Assembly: GCF_009914755.1 (NCBI RefSeq) | Contig: NC_060945.1 | Strand: one strand, 5' to 3' | Length of the DNA stretch: 64,000 bases | Source: the human T2T-CHM13v2.0 reference genome, Homo sapiens | Part shown: piece by piece, positions 1 through 13,000 of the stretch | How the letters are laid out: each line of letters opens with the position of its first letter | Position numbering within the stretch: the stretch's first letter is position 1 | Notes under the pieces: model-generated | The model's input: only the letters and a program-made list of their open reading frames with translations | The model's database searches: none | Told to the model about the DNA's origin: nothing | Made by a program: the position numbers and the translations under genes

Positions 1-292
1 ACCCAAGTGATGTAACCATTGTCTAGGCTTTGCGTAAAGGGGGCTTTGTGACATACCTTTGCACTGATCACCCAGGTGATGTAACACATCTAAGTTCGGC
101 CTAAAGGAGCTTTGTGACATATCTCTGCACTGATCACTTAGGTGATGGAACACTTTTATAAGCACTGCCTACAGGGAATTTTGACAAATCTCTGCACTGA
201 TCACCTAGGTGATGTAACGCTTGTCTACCCTCTGTCCAACGGGGCATTGTGAAATATCTCTGCACTGATCACCCAGGTGATTCAACTATTGA

Positions 293-2197
293 CTAGGATC
301 TGCCTACAGAGGTTATTGTGAAATATCTCTGCACTGATAAACTAGGTGGTGTAATCCTTATCGAAGCTCTGCCTGCAGGGGCGTTTTCACATATCCCTGA
401 ATTGATGACAAAGGTGATGTAACCCTTGCCTAGGCTTTGCCTACAGGGGACATAGGACATATATCTGCACTGATCACCCAGGTGATGCAACTCTAGCCTA
501 GGCTTTGCCTACAGGGGACATTGTGACATATCTCTGCACTGATCTCCCAGGTGCTGTAACATTAGTCTAGACTCTGGCTACACGGCATTGTGACATATCA
601 CTGCACTGATCAACCAGGTGATATAACTCTTGTCTAGGCCCTGACTACAGGGGGCTTGTGACATATCTCTGCACTGATCACCCAGGTGATATAACTCTTC
701 TCTAGGGTCTGCCTACAGGGTGCTTTGCGACATATCCCTGCAATGATCACCCAGGTGATCTAACTCTTGTTTAAGCTCTGCCTAAAGGGGCATTGTGACA
801 GACCTCTGCACTGATCACTCAGGTGATGTAACTATTGTCTAGGCTCTGCTTAAAGGGGCCTTGTCACATACCTCTGCACTGATAACCCAGGTGATGTAAC
901 TCTTGTCTAGCCTCTGCTTTCACGGCATATTGTGACATATCTATGCGCTGATCACCTTAGTGATGTAACACTTGTGTAGGCTCGGCCTACAGGGGAATAT
1001 TGACATATCTCTGCACTGTTAACCGAGGTGATTTAACTCTTGTCTAGGCTGTGCCCACAGGGGGTTTGAGACATGTCTCTGCACTGATCCCGAGGTGATC
1101 CAACTGTTGCCTGGTCTCTGCCTACTGGGGACATTGTGACATATCTCTGCACTGATCTCCCAGGTGCTGTAATTTTAGTCTAGGCTCTGGCTACACGGCA
1201 TTGTGACATATCACTGCACTGATCACCCAGGTGATATAAATCTTGTCTAGGCTCTGCCTACAATGACCTTGTGACATATCTCTGCACTGATCACCCAGGT
1301 GATATAACTCTTCTCTAGGATCTGACCACAGGGTGCTTTGTGGCATTTCCCTGCAATGATCACCGAGGTGATATACCACTTGTCAGGGCTCTGCCTACAG
1401 GGGCATTGCAACGTATCTCTGCACTGATCACCTCGGTCTTGTAACTCTTTTCTAGGATCTGCCCACAGGGTGCCTTGTGACGTATCCCAGCAAGGATTAC
1501 CCAGGTGATGTACCTCTCATCAAGGCTCTGCCTACAGGCACATCGCGATGTATCTCTGCACTGATCACCTAGGTCATGTAACTTTTGTCTAGGCTCTGCC
1601 TACGATGGCATTGTGACATATCTCTGCACTAATCATCCAAGTGATGTAACCCTTGTCTAGGATCTGCCTAAATTAACTTTGTGACATAACCCTGTACTGA
1701 TCATCCAGGTGATGGGGCTTTTGTCTAGGCTCTGCCTAAGGGGGCATTGTGACTTATTTCTGCATTGATCACCCAGGTGGCGAACTCTTCTCTTGGATCT
1801 GCCTATGGGGGCATTGTGACAAATCTCTGCACTGATCACCCAGGTGATGTAACTGTTGTGTAACCTCTGCCTACAGGGGAATTGTGAGAGATCTCGCCAC
1901 TGATCACCCAAGTGACGTAACCATTGTCTAGGCTTTGCGTACAGGGGGCTTTGTGACATACCTTTGCACTGATCACCCAGGTGATGTAACACATCTAAGT
2001 TCGGCCTAAAGGAGCTTTGTGACATATCTCTGCACTGATCACCTAGGTGATGGAACACTTTTATAAGCACTGCCTACAGGGAATTTTGACAAATCTCTGC
2101 ACTGATCACCTAGGTGATGTAACTCTTGTCTACCCTCTGTCCAACGGGGCATTGTGAAATATCTCTGCACTGATCACCCAGGTGATTCAACTCTTGA
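293..2197. repeat. 28-mer HOR variant, type A (69-bp monomer deletion); also units starting 11998, 21931, 33839, 41666
   Basis: Unit length is 1,904-1,905 bp. The monomer carrying cgcttcaatgatcacccatg is missing, with the junction inside the 37-bp identity gcctaggctttgcctacaggggacattgtgacatatc (496-532). Confidence 0.9.
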
Positions 2198-4171
2198 CTA
2201 GGATCTGCCTACAGAGGTTATTGTGAAATATCTCTGCACTGATAAACTAGGTGGTGTAATCCTTATCGAAGCTCTGCCTACAGGGGCGTTTTCACATATC
2301 CCTGAAGTGATGACAAAGGTGATGTAACTCTTGCCTAGGCTTTGCCTACAGGGGACATAGGACATATATCTGCGCTGATCACCCAGGTGATGCAACTCTA
2401 GCCTAGGCTTTGCCTACAGGGGACATTGTGACATATCGCTTCAATGATCACCCATGTGATGCAACTCTTGCCTTGGCTTTGACTATAGGGGACATTGTGA
2501 CATATCTCTGCACTGATCTCCCAGGTGCTGTAACATTAGTCTAGACTCTGGCTACACGGCATTGTGACATATCACTGCACTAATCAACCAGGTGACATAA
2601 CTCTTGTCTAGGCCCTGCCTACAGGGGGCTTGTGACATATCTCTGCACTGATCACCCAGGTGATATAACTCTTCTCTAGGGTCTGCCTACAGGGTGCTTT
2701 GCGACATATCCCTGCAATGATCACCCAGGTGATCTAACTCTTGTTTAAGCTCTGCCTAAAGGGGCATTGTGACAGATGTCTGCACTGATTACTCAGGTGA
2801 TGTAACTATTGTCTAGGCTCTGCTTAAAGGGGCCTTGTCACATACCTCTGCACTGATCACCCAGGTGATGTAACTCTTGTCTAGCCTCTGCTTTCACGGC
2901 ATATTGTGACATATCTATGCGCTGATCACCTTAGTGATGTAACACTTGTGTAGGCTCGGCCTACAGGGGAATATTGACATATCTCTGCACTGTTAACCGA
3001 GGTGATTTAACTCTTGTCTAGGCTGTGCCCACAGGGGGATTGAGACATGTCTCTGCCATGATCCCGAGGTGATCCAACTGTTGCCTGGTCTCTGCCTACT
3101 GGGGACATTGTGACATATCTCTGCACTGATCTCCCAGGTGCTGTAATTTTAGTCTAGGCTCTGGCTACACGGCATTGTGACATATCACTGCACTGATCAC
3201 CCAGGTTATATAAATCTTGTCTAGGCTCTGCCTACAATGGCCTTGTGACATATCTCTGCACTGATCACCCAGGTGATATAACTCTTCTCTAGGATCTGAC
3301 CACAGGGTGCTTTGTGGCATTTCCCTGCAATGATCACCCAGGTGATATACCACTTGCCAAGGCTCTGCCTACAGGGGCATTGCAATGTATCTCTGCACTG
3401 ATCACCTCGGTCTTGTAACTCTTTTCTAGGATCTGCCCACAGGGTGCCTTGTGACGTATCCCAGCAAGGATTACCCAGGTGATGTACCTCTCATCAAGGC
3501 TCTGCCTACAGGCACATTGCGATGTATCTCTGCACTGATCACCTAGGTCATGTAACTTTTGTCTGGGCTCTGCCTACGATGGCATTGTGACATATCTCTG
3601 CACTAATCATCCAAGTGATGTAACCCTTGTCTAGGATCTGCCTAAATTAACTTTGTGACATAACCCTGTACTGATCATCCAGGTGATGGGGCTTTTGTCT
3701 AGGCTCTGCCTAAGGGGGCATTGTGACATATTTCTGCATTGATCACGCAGGTGGCGAACTCTTCTCTTGGATCTGCCTATGGGGGCATTGTGATAAATCT
3801 CTGCACTCATCACCCAGGTGATGTAACTGTTGTGTAACCTCTGCCTACAGGGGAATTGTGAGAGATCTCGCCACTGATCACCCAAGTGATGTAACCATTG
3901 TCTAGGCTTTGCGTACAGGGGGCTTTGTGACATACCTTTGCACTGATCACCCAGGTGATGTAACACATCTAAGTTCGGCCTAAAGGAGCTTTGTGACATA
4001 TCTCTGCACTGATCACTTAGGTGATGGAACACTTTTATAAGCACTGCCTACAGGGAATTTTGACAAATCTCTGCACTGATCACCTAGGTGATGTAATGCT
4101 TGTCTACCCTCTGTCCAACGGGGCATTGTGAAATATCTCTGCACTGATCACCCAGGTGATTCAACTCTTGA
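2198..4171. repeat. Representative canonical 29-monomer HOR unit (1,974 bp)
   Basis: The marker ctaggatctgcctacagaggttatt recurs at 2198, 4172, 6146, 8120 and onward, with spacing 1,972-1,974 bp (= 29 x 68). HOR copies are much more similar to each other than adjacent monomers are. The size matches the published ~2.0-kb acrocentric beta-satellite HOR (pB4-type; from memory). Confidence 0.93.
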
Positions 4172-7100
4172 CTAGGATCTGCCTACAGAGGTTATTGTGA
4201 AATATCTCTGCACTGATAAACTAGGTGGTGTAATACTTATCGAAGCTCTGCCTACAGGTGCGTTTTCACATATCCCTGAAGTGATGACAAAGGTGATGTA
4301 ACCCTTGCCTAGGCTTTGCCTACAGGGGACATAGGACATATATCTGCACTGATCACCCAGGTGATGCAACTCTAGCCTAGGCTTTGCCTACAGGGGACAT
4401 TGTGACATATCGCTTCAATGATCACCCATGTGATGCAACACTTGCCTAGGCTTTGCCTACAGGGGACATTGTGACATATCTCTGCACTGATCTCCCAGGT
4501 GCTGCAACATTAATCTAGAGTCTGGCTACACGGCATTGTGACATATCACTGCACTGATCAACCAGGTGATATAACTCTTGTCTAGGTCCTGCCTACAGAG
4601 GGCTTGTGACATATCTCTGCACTGATCACCCAGGTGATATAACTCTTCTCTAGGATCTGCCTACAGGGTGATTTGCGACATATCCCTGCAATGATAACCC
4701 AGGTGATCTAACTCTTGTTTAAGCTCTGCCTAAAGGGGCATTGTGACAGACCTGTGCACTGATCACTAAGGTGATGTAACTATTGTCTAGGCTCTGCTTA
4801 AAGGGGCCTTGTCACATACCTCTGCACTGATAACCCAGGTGATGTAACTCTTGTCTAGCCTCTGCTTTCACGGCATATTGTGACATATCCATTCGCAGAT
4901 CACCTTAGTGATGTAACAGTTGTGTAGGCTCGGCCTACAGGGGAATATTGACATATCTCTGCACTGTTAACCGAGGTGATTTAACTCTTGTCTAGGCTGT
5001 GCCCACAGCGGGATTGAGACATGTCTCTGCACTGATCCCGAGGTGATCCAACTGTTGCCTGGTCTCTGCCTACTGGGGACATTGTGACATATCTCTGCAC
5101 TGATCTCCCAGGTGCTGTAACTTTAGTCTAGGCTCTGACTACACGGCATTGTGACATATCACTGCACTGATCACCCAGGTGATATAAATCTTGTCTAGGC
5201 TCTGCCTACAATGGCCTTGTGACATATCTCTGCACTGATCACCCAGGTGATATAACTCTTCTCTAGGATCTGACCACAGGGTGCTTTGTGGCATTTCCCT
5301 GCAATGATCACCCAGGTGATATACCACTTGCCAAGGCTCTGCCTACAGGGGCATTGCAATGTATCTCTGCACTGATCACCTCGGTCTTGTAACTCTTTTC
5401 TAGGACCTGCCCACCGGGTGCCTTGTGACGTATCCCAGCAAGGATTACCCAGGTGATGTACCTCTCATCAAGGCTCTGCCTACAGGCACATTGCGATGTA
5501 TCTCTGCACTGATCGCCTAGGTCATGTAACTTTTGTCTAGGCTCTGCCTACGATGGCATTGTGACATATCTCTGCACTAATCATCCAAGTGATGTAACCG
5601 TTGTCTAGGATCTGCCTAAATTAACTTTGTGACATAACCCTGTACTGATCATCCAGGTGATGGGGCTTTTGTCTAGGCTCTGCCTAAGGGGGCATTGTGA
5701 CATATTTCTGCATTGATCACCCAGGTGGCAAACTCTTCTCTTGGATCTGCCTATGGGGGCATTGTGACAAATCTCTGCACTGATCACCCAGGTGATGTAA
5801 CTGTTGTGTAACCTCTGCCTACAGGGGAATTGTGAGAGATCTCACCACTGATCACCCAAGTGACGTAACCATTGTCTAGGCTTTGCGTACAGGGGGCTTT
5901 GTGACATACCTTTGCACTGATCACCCAGGTGATGTAACACATCTAAGTTCGGCCTAAAGGAGCTTTGTGACATACCTCTGCACTGATCACTTAGGTGATG
6001 GAACACTTTTATAAGCACTGCCTACAGGGAATTTTGACAAATCTCTGCACTGATCACCTAGGTGATGTAACGCTTGTCTACCCTCTGTCCAACGGGGCAT
6101 TGTGAAATATCTCTGCATTGATCACCCAGGTGATTCAACTCTTGACTAGGATCTGCCTACAGAGGTTATTGTGAAATATCTCTGCACTGATAAACTAGGT
6201 GGTGTAATCCTTATCGAAGCTCTGCCTACAGGGGCGTTTTCACATATCCCTGAAGTGATGACAAAGGTGATGTAACCCTTGCCTAGGCTTTGTCTACAGG
6301 GGACATAGAACATATATCTGCACTGATCACCCAGGTGATGCAACTCTAGCCTAGGCTTTGCCTACAGGGGACATTGTGACATATCGCTTCAATGATCACC
6401 CATGTGATGCAACTCTTGCCTAGGCTTTGCCTACAGGGGACATTGTGACATATCTCTGCACTGATCTCCCAGGTGCTGTAACATTAGTCTAGACTCTGGC
6501 TACACGGCATTGTGACATATCACTGCACTGATCAACCAGGTGATATAACACTTGTCTAAGCCCTGCCTACATGGGGCTTGTGACATATCTCTGCACTGAT
6601 CACCCAGGTGATATAACTCTTCTCTAGGATCTGCCTACAGGGTGCTTTGCGACATATCCCTGCAATGATCACCCAGGTGATCTAACTCTTGTTTAAGCTC
6701 TGCCTAAAGGGGCATTGTGACAGACCTCTGCACTGATCACTCAGGTGATGTAACTATTGTCTAGGCTCTGCTTAACGGGGCCTTGTCACATACCTCTGTA
6801 CTGATCACCCAGGTGATGTAACTCTTGTCTAGCCTCTGCTTTCACGGCATATTGTGACATATCTATGCGCTGATCACCTTAGTGATGTAACACTTGTGTA
6901 GGCTCGGCCTACAGGGGAATATTGACATATCTCTGCACTGTTAACCGAGGTGATTTAACTCTTGTCTAGGCTGTGCCCACAGGGGAATTGAGACATGTCT
7001 CTGCACTGATCCCGAGGTGATCCAACTGTTGCCTGGTCTCTGCCTACTGGGGACATTGTGACATATCTCTGCACTGATCTCCCAGGTGCTGTAACTTTAG

Positions 7101-8119
7101 TCTAGGCTCTGGCTACACGGCTTTGTGAGATATCACTGCACTGATCACCCAGGTGATATAAATCTTGTCTAGGCTCTGCCTACAATGGCCTTGTGACATA
7201 TCTCTGCACTGATCACCCAGGTGATATAACTCTTCTCTAGGATCTGACCACAGGGTGCTTTGTGGCATTTCCCTGCAATGATCACCCAGGTGAAATACCA
7301 CTTGCCAAGGCTCTGCCTACAGGGGCATTGCAATATATCTCTGCACTGATCACCTCGGTCTTGCAACTCTTTTCTAGGATGTGCCCACAGGGTGCCTTGT
7401 GACGTATCCCAGCAAGGATTACCCAGGTGATGTACCTCTCATCAAGGCTCTGCCTACAGGCACATTGCGATGTATCTCTGCACTGATCACCTAGGTCATG
7501 TAACTTTTGTCTGGGCTCTGCCTACGATGGCATTGTGACATATCTCTGCACTAATCATCCAAGTGATGTAACCCTTGTCTAGGATCTGCCTAAATTAACT
7601 TTGTGACATAACCCTGTACTGATCATCCAGGTGATGGGGCTTTTGTCTAGGCTCTGCCTAAGGGGGCATTGTGACATATTTCTGCATTGATCACCCAGGT
7701 GGCGAACTCTTCTCTTGGATCTGCCTATGGGGGCATTGTGACAAATCTCTGCACTGATAACCCAGGTGATGTAACGGTTGTGTAACCTCTGCCTACAGGG
7801 GAATTGTGAGAGATCTCGCCACTGATCACCCAAGTGATGAAACCATTGTCTAGGCTTTGCGTACAGGGGGCTTTGTGACATACCTTTGCACTGATCACCC
7901 AGGTGATGTAACACATCTAAGTTCGGCCTAAAGGAGCTTTGTGACATATCTCTGCACTGATCACTTAGGTGATGGAACACTTTTATAAGCACTGCCTACA
8001 GGGAATTTTGACAAATCTCTGCACTGATCACCTAGGTGATGTAACGCTTGTCTACCCTCTGTCCAACGGGGCATTGTGAAATATCTCTGCACTGATCACC
8101 CAGGTGATTCAACTCTTGA

Positions 8120-10024
8120 CTAGGATCTGCCTACAGAGGTTATTGTGAAATATCTCTGCACTGATAAACTAGGTGGTGTAATCCTTATCGAAGCTCTGCC
8201 TACAGGGGCGTTTTCACATATCCCTGAAGTGATGACAAAGGTGATGTAACTCTTGCCTAGGCTTTGCCTACAGGGGACATAGGACATATATCTGCACTGA
8301 TTACCCAGGTGATGCAACTGTAGCCTAGGCTTTGCCTACAGGGGACATTGTGACATATCGCTTCAATGATCACCCATGTGATGCAACTCTTGCCTAGGCT
8401 TTGCCTACAGGGGACATTGTGACATATCTCAGCACTGATGTCCCAGGTGCTGTAACATTAGTCTAGACTCTGGCTACACGGCATTGTGACATATCACTGC
8501 ACTGATCAACCAGGTGATATAACTCTTGTCTAGGCTCTGCCTACAGGGGGCTTGTGACATATCCCTGCAATGATCATCCAGGTGATCTAACTCTTGTTTA
8601 AGCTCTGCCTAAAGGGGCATTCTGACAGATCTCTGCACTGATCACTCAGGTGATGTAACTATTGTCTAGGCTCTGCTTAAAGGGGCCTTGTCACATACCT
8701 CTGCACTGATCACCAAGGTGATGTAACTCTTGTCTAGCCTCTGCTTTCACGGCATATTGTGACATATCCATGCGCTGATCACCTTAGTGATGTAACACTT
8801 GTGTAGGCTCGGCCTTCAGGGGAATATTGACATATCTCTGCACTGTTAACCGAGGTGATTTAACTCTTGTCTAGGCTGTGCCCACAGGGGGATTGAGACA
8901 TGTCTCTGCACTGATCCCGAGGTAATCCAACTGTTGCCTGGTCTCTGCCTACTGGGGACATTGTGACATATCTCTGCACTGATCTCCCAGGTGCTGTAAC
9001 TTTAGTCTAGGCTCTGGCTACACGGCATTGTGACATATCACTGCACTGATCACCCAGGTGATATAAATCTTGTCTAGGCTCTGCCTACAATGGCCTTGTG
9101 ACATATCACTGCACTGATCACCCAGGTGATATAACTCTTCTCGAGGATCTGACCACAGGGTGCTTTGTGGCATTTCCCTGCAATGATCACCCAGGTGATA
9201 TACCACTTGCCAAGGCTCTGCCTACAGGGGCATTGCAATGTATCTCTGCACTGATCACCTCGTTCTTGTAACTCTTTTCTAGGATCTGCCCACAGGGTGC
9301 CTTGTGACGTATCCCAGCAAGGATTACCCAGGTGATGTACCTCTCATCAAGGCTCTGCCTACAGGCACATTGCGATGTATCTCTACACTGATCACCTAGG
9401 TCATGTAACTTTTGTCTAGGCTCTGCCTACGATGGCATTGTGACATATCTCTGCACTAATCATCCAAGTGATGTAACCCTTGTCTAGGATCTGCCTAAAT
9501 TAACTTTGTGACATAACCCTGTACTGATCATCCAGGTGATGGGGCTTTTGTCTAGGCTCTACCTTAAGGGGGCATTGTGACATATTTCTGCATTGATCAC
9601 CCAGGTGGCGAACTCTTCTCTTGGATCTGCCTATGGGGGCATTGTGACAAATCTCTGCACTCATCACCCAGGTGATGTAACTGTTGTGTAACCTCTGCCT
9701 ACAGGGGAATTGGGAGAGATCTCGCCACTGATCACCCAAGTGATGTAACCATTGTCTAGGCTTTGCGTACAGGGGCTTTGTGACATACCTTTGCACTGAT
9801 CACCCAGGTGATGTAACACATCTAAATTCGACCTAAAGGAGCTTTGTGACATATCTCTGCACTGATCACTTAGGTGATGGAACACTTTTATAAGCACTGC
9901 CTACAGGGAATTTTGACAAATCTCTGCACTGATCACCTAGGTGATGTAACTCTTGTCTACCCTCTGTCCAACGGGGCATTGTGAAATATCTCTGCACTGA
10001 TCACCCAGGTGATTCAACTCTTGA
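8120..10024. repeat. 28-mer HOR variant, type E (a different monomer deleted, junction ~8556-8563)
   Basis: Reads ggcttgtgacatatc|cctgcaatgatc, lacking the ...actcttctctaggatctgcctacagggtgctttgc monomer. Marker spacing is 898 bp instead of 967 bp. Confidence 0.88.
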
Positions 10025-13000
10025 CTAGTATCTGCCTACAGAGGTTATTGTGAAATATCTCTGCACTGATAAACTAGGTGGTGTAATCCTTATCGAAGCT
10101 CTGCCTACAGGGGCGTTTTCACATATCCCTGAAGTGATGACAAAGGTGATGTAACCCTTGCCTAGGCTTTGCCTACAGGGGATATAAGACATATATCTGC
10201 ACTGATCACCCAGGTGATGCAACTCTAGCCTAGGCTTTGCCTACAGGGGACATTGTGACATATCGCTTCAATGATCACCCATGTGATGCAACAATTGCCT
10301 AGGCTTTGCCTACAGGGGACATTGTGACATAAATCTGCACTGATCTCCCAGGTGCTGTAACATTAGTCTAGACTCTGGCTACACGGCATTGTGACATGTC
10401 ACTGCACTGATCAACCAGGTGATATAACTCTTGTCTAGGCCCTGCCTACAGGGGGCTTGTGACATATCTCTGCACTGATCACCCAGGTGATATAACTCTT
10501 CTCTAGGATCTGCCTACAGGGTGCTTTGCGACATATCCCTGCAATGATCACCCAGGTGATCTAACTCTTGTTTAAGCTCTGCCTAAAGGGGCATTGTGAC
10601 AGACCTCTGCACTGATCACTCAGGTGATGTAACTATTGTCTAGGCTCTGCTTAAAGGGGCCTTGTCACATACCTCTGCACTGATCACCCAGGTGATGTAA
10701 CTCTTGTCTAGACTCTGTTTCACGGCATATTGTGACATATCTATGCGCTGATCACCTTAGTGATGTAACACTTGTGTAGGCTCGGCCTACAGGGGAATAT
10801 TGACATATCTCTGCACTGTTAACCGAGGTGATTTAACTCTTGTCTAGGCTGTGCCCACAGGGGGATTGAGACATGTCTCTGCACTGATCCCGAGGTGATC
10901 CAACTGTTGCCTGGTCTCTGCCTACTGGGGACATTGTGACATATCTCTGCACTGATCTCCCAGGTGCTGTAACTTTAGTCTAGGCTCTGGCTACACGGCA
11001 TTGTGACATATCACTGCACTGATCACCCAGGTGATATAAATCTTGTCTAGGCTCTACCTACAATGGCCTTGTGACATATCTCTGCACTGATCACCCAGGT
11101 GATATAACTCTTCTCTAGGATCTGACCACAGGGTGCTTTGTGGCATTTCCCTGCAATGATCACCCAGGTGATATACCACTTGCCAAGGCTCTGCCTACAG
11201 GGGCATTGCAATGTATCTCTGCACTGATCACCTCGGTCTTGTAACTCTTTTCTAGGATCTGCCCACAGGGTGCCTTGTGACGTATCCCAGCAAGGATTAC
11301 CCAGGTGATGTACCTCTCATCAAGGCTCTGCCTACAGGCACATTGCGATGTATCTCTGCTCTGATCACCTAAGTCATGTAACTTTTGTCTAGGCTCTGCC
11401 TACGATGGCATTGTGACAAATCTCTGCACTAATCATCCAAGTGATGTAACCCTTGTCTAGGATCTGCCTAAAGTAACTTTGTGACATAACCCTGTACTGA
11501 TCATCCAGGTGATGCGGCTTTTGTCTAGGCTCTGCCTAAGGGGGCATTGTGACATATTTCTGCATTGATCACCCAGGTGGCGAACTCTTCTCTTGGATCT
11601 GCCTATGGGGGCATTGTGACAAATCTCTGCACTGATCACCCAGGTGATGTAACTGTTGTGTAACCTCTGCCTACAGGGGAATTGTGTGAGATCTCGCCAC
11701 TGATCACCCAAGTGATGTAACCATTGTCTAGGCTTTGCGTACAGGGGGCTTTGTGACATACCTTTGCACTGATCACCCAGGTGATGTAACACATCTAAGT
11801 TCGGCCTAAAGGAGCTTTGTGACATATCTCTGCACTGATCACTTAGGTGATGGAACACTTTTATAAGCACTGCCTACAGGGAATTTTGACAAATCTCTGC
11901 ACTGATCACCTAGGTGATGTAACGCTTGTCTACCCTCTGTCCAACGGGGCATTGTGAAATATCTCTGCACTGATCACCCAGGTGATTCAACTCTTGACTA
12001 GGATCTGCCTACAGAGGTTATTGTGAAATATCTCTGCACTGATAAACTAGGTGGTGTAATCCTTATCGAAGCTCTGCCTGCAGGGGCGTTTTCACATATC
12101 CCTGAATTGATGACAAAGGTGATGTAACCCTTGCCTAGGCTTTGCCTACAGGGGACATAGGACATATATCTGCACTGATCACCCAGGTGATGCAACTCTA
12201 GCCTAGGCTTTGCCTACAGGGGACATTGTGACATATCTCTGCACTGATCTCCCAGGTGCTGTAACATTAGTCTAGACTCTGGCTACACGGCATTGTGACA
12301 TATCACTGCACTGATCAACCAGGTGATATAACTCTTGTCTAGGCCCTGACTACAGGGGGCTTGTGACATATCTCTGCACTGATCACCCAGGTGATATAAC
12401 TCTTCTCTAGGGTCTGCCTACAGGGTGCTTTGCGACGTATCCCTGCAATGATCACCCAGGTGATCTAACTCTTGTTTAAGCTCTGCCTAAAGGGGCATTG
12501 TGACAGACCTCTGCACTGATCACTCAGGTGATGTAACTATTGTCTAGGCTCTGCTTAAAGGGGCCTTGTCACATACCTCTGCACTGATCACCCAGGTGAT
12601 GTAACTCTTGTCTAGACTCTGCTTTCACGGCATATTGTGACATATCTATGCGCTGATCACCTTAGTGATGTAACACTTCTGTAGGCTCGGCCTACAGGGG
12701 AATATTGACATATCTCTGCACTGTTAACCGAGGTGATTTAACTCTTGTCTAGGCTGTGCCCACAGGGGGTTTGAGACATGTCTCTGCACTGATCCCGAGG
12801 TGATCCAACTGTTGCCTGGTCTCTGCCTACTGGGGACATTGTGACATATCTCCGCACTGATCTCCCAGGTGCTGTAATTTTAGTCTAGGCTCTGGCTACA
12901 CGGCATTGTGACATATCACTGCACTGATCACCCAGGTGATATAAATCTTGTCTAGGCTCTGCCTACAATGACCTTGTGACATATCTCTGCACTGATCACC

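Noticed and set aside
148-165. TATA-like ttttataag once per HOR
   Set aside because: A single diverged monomer position with no other promoter evidence. That monomer is deleted in some units.
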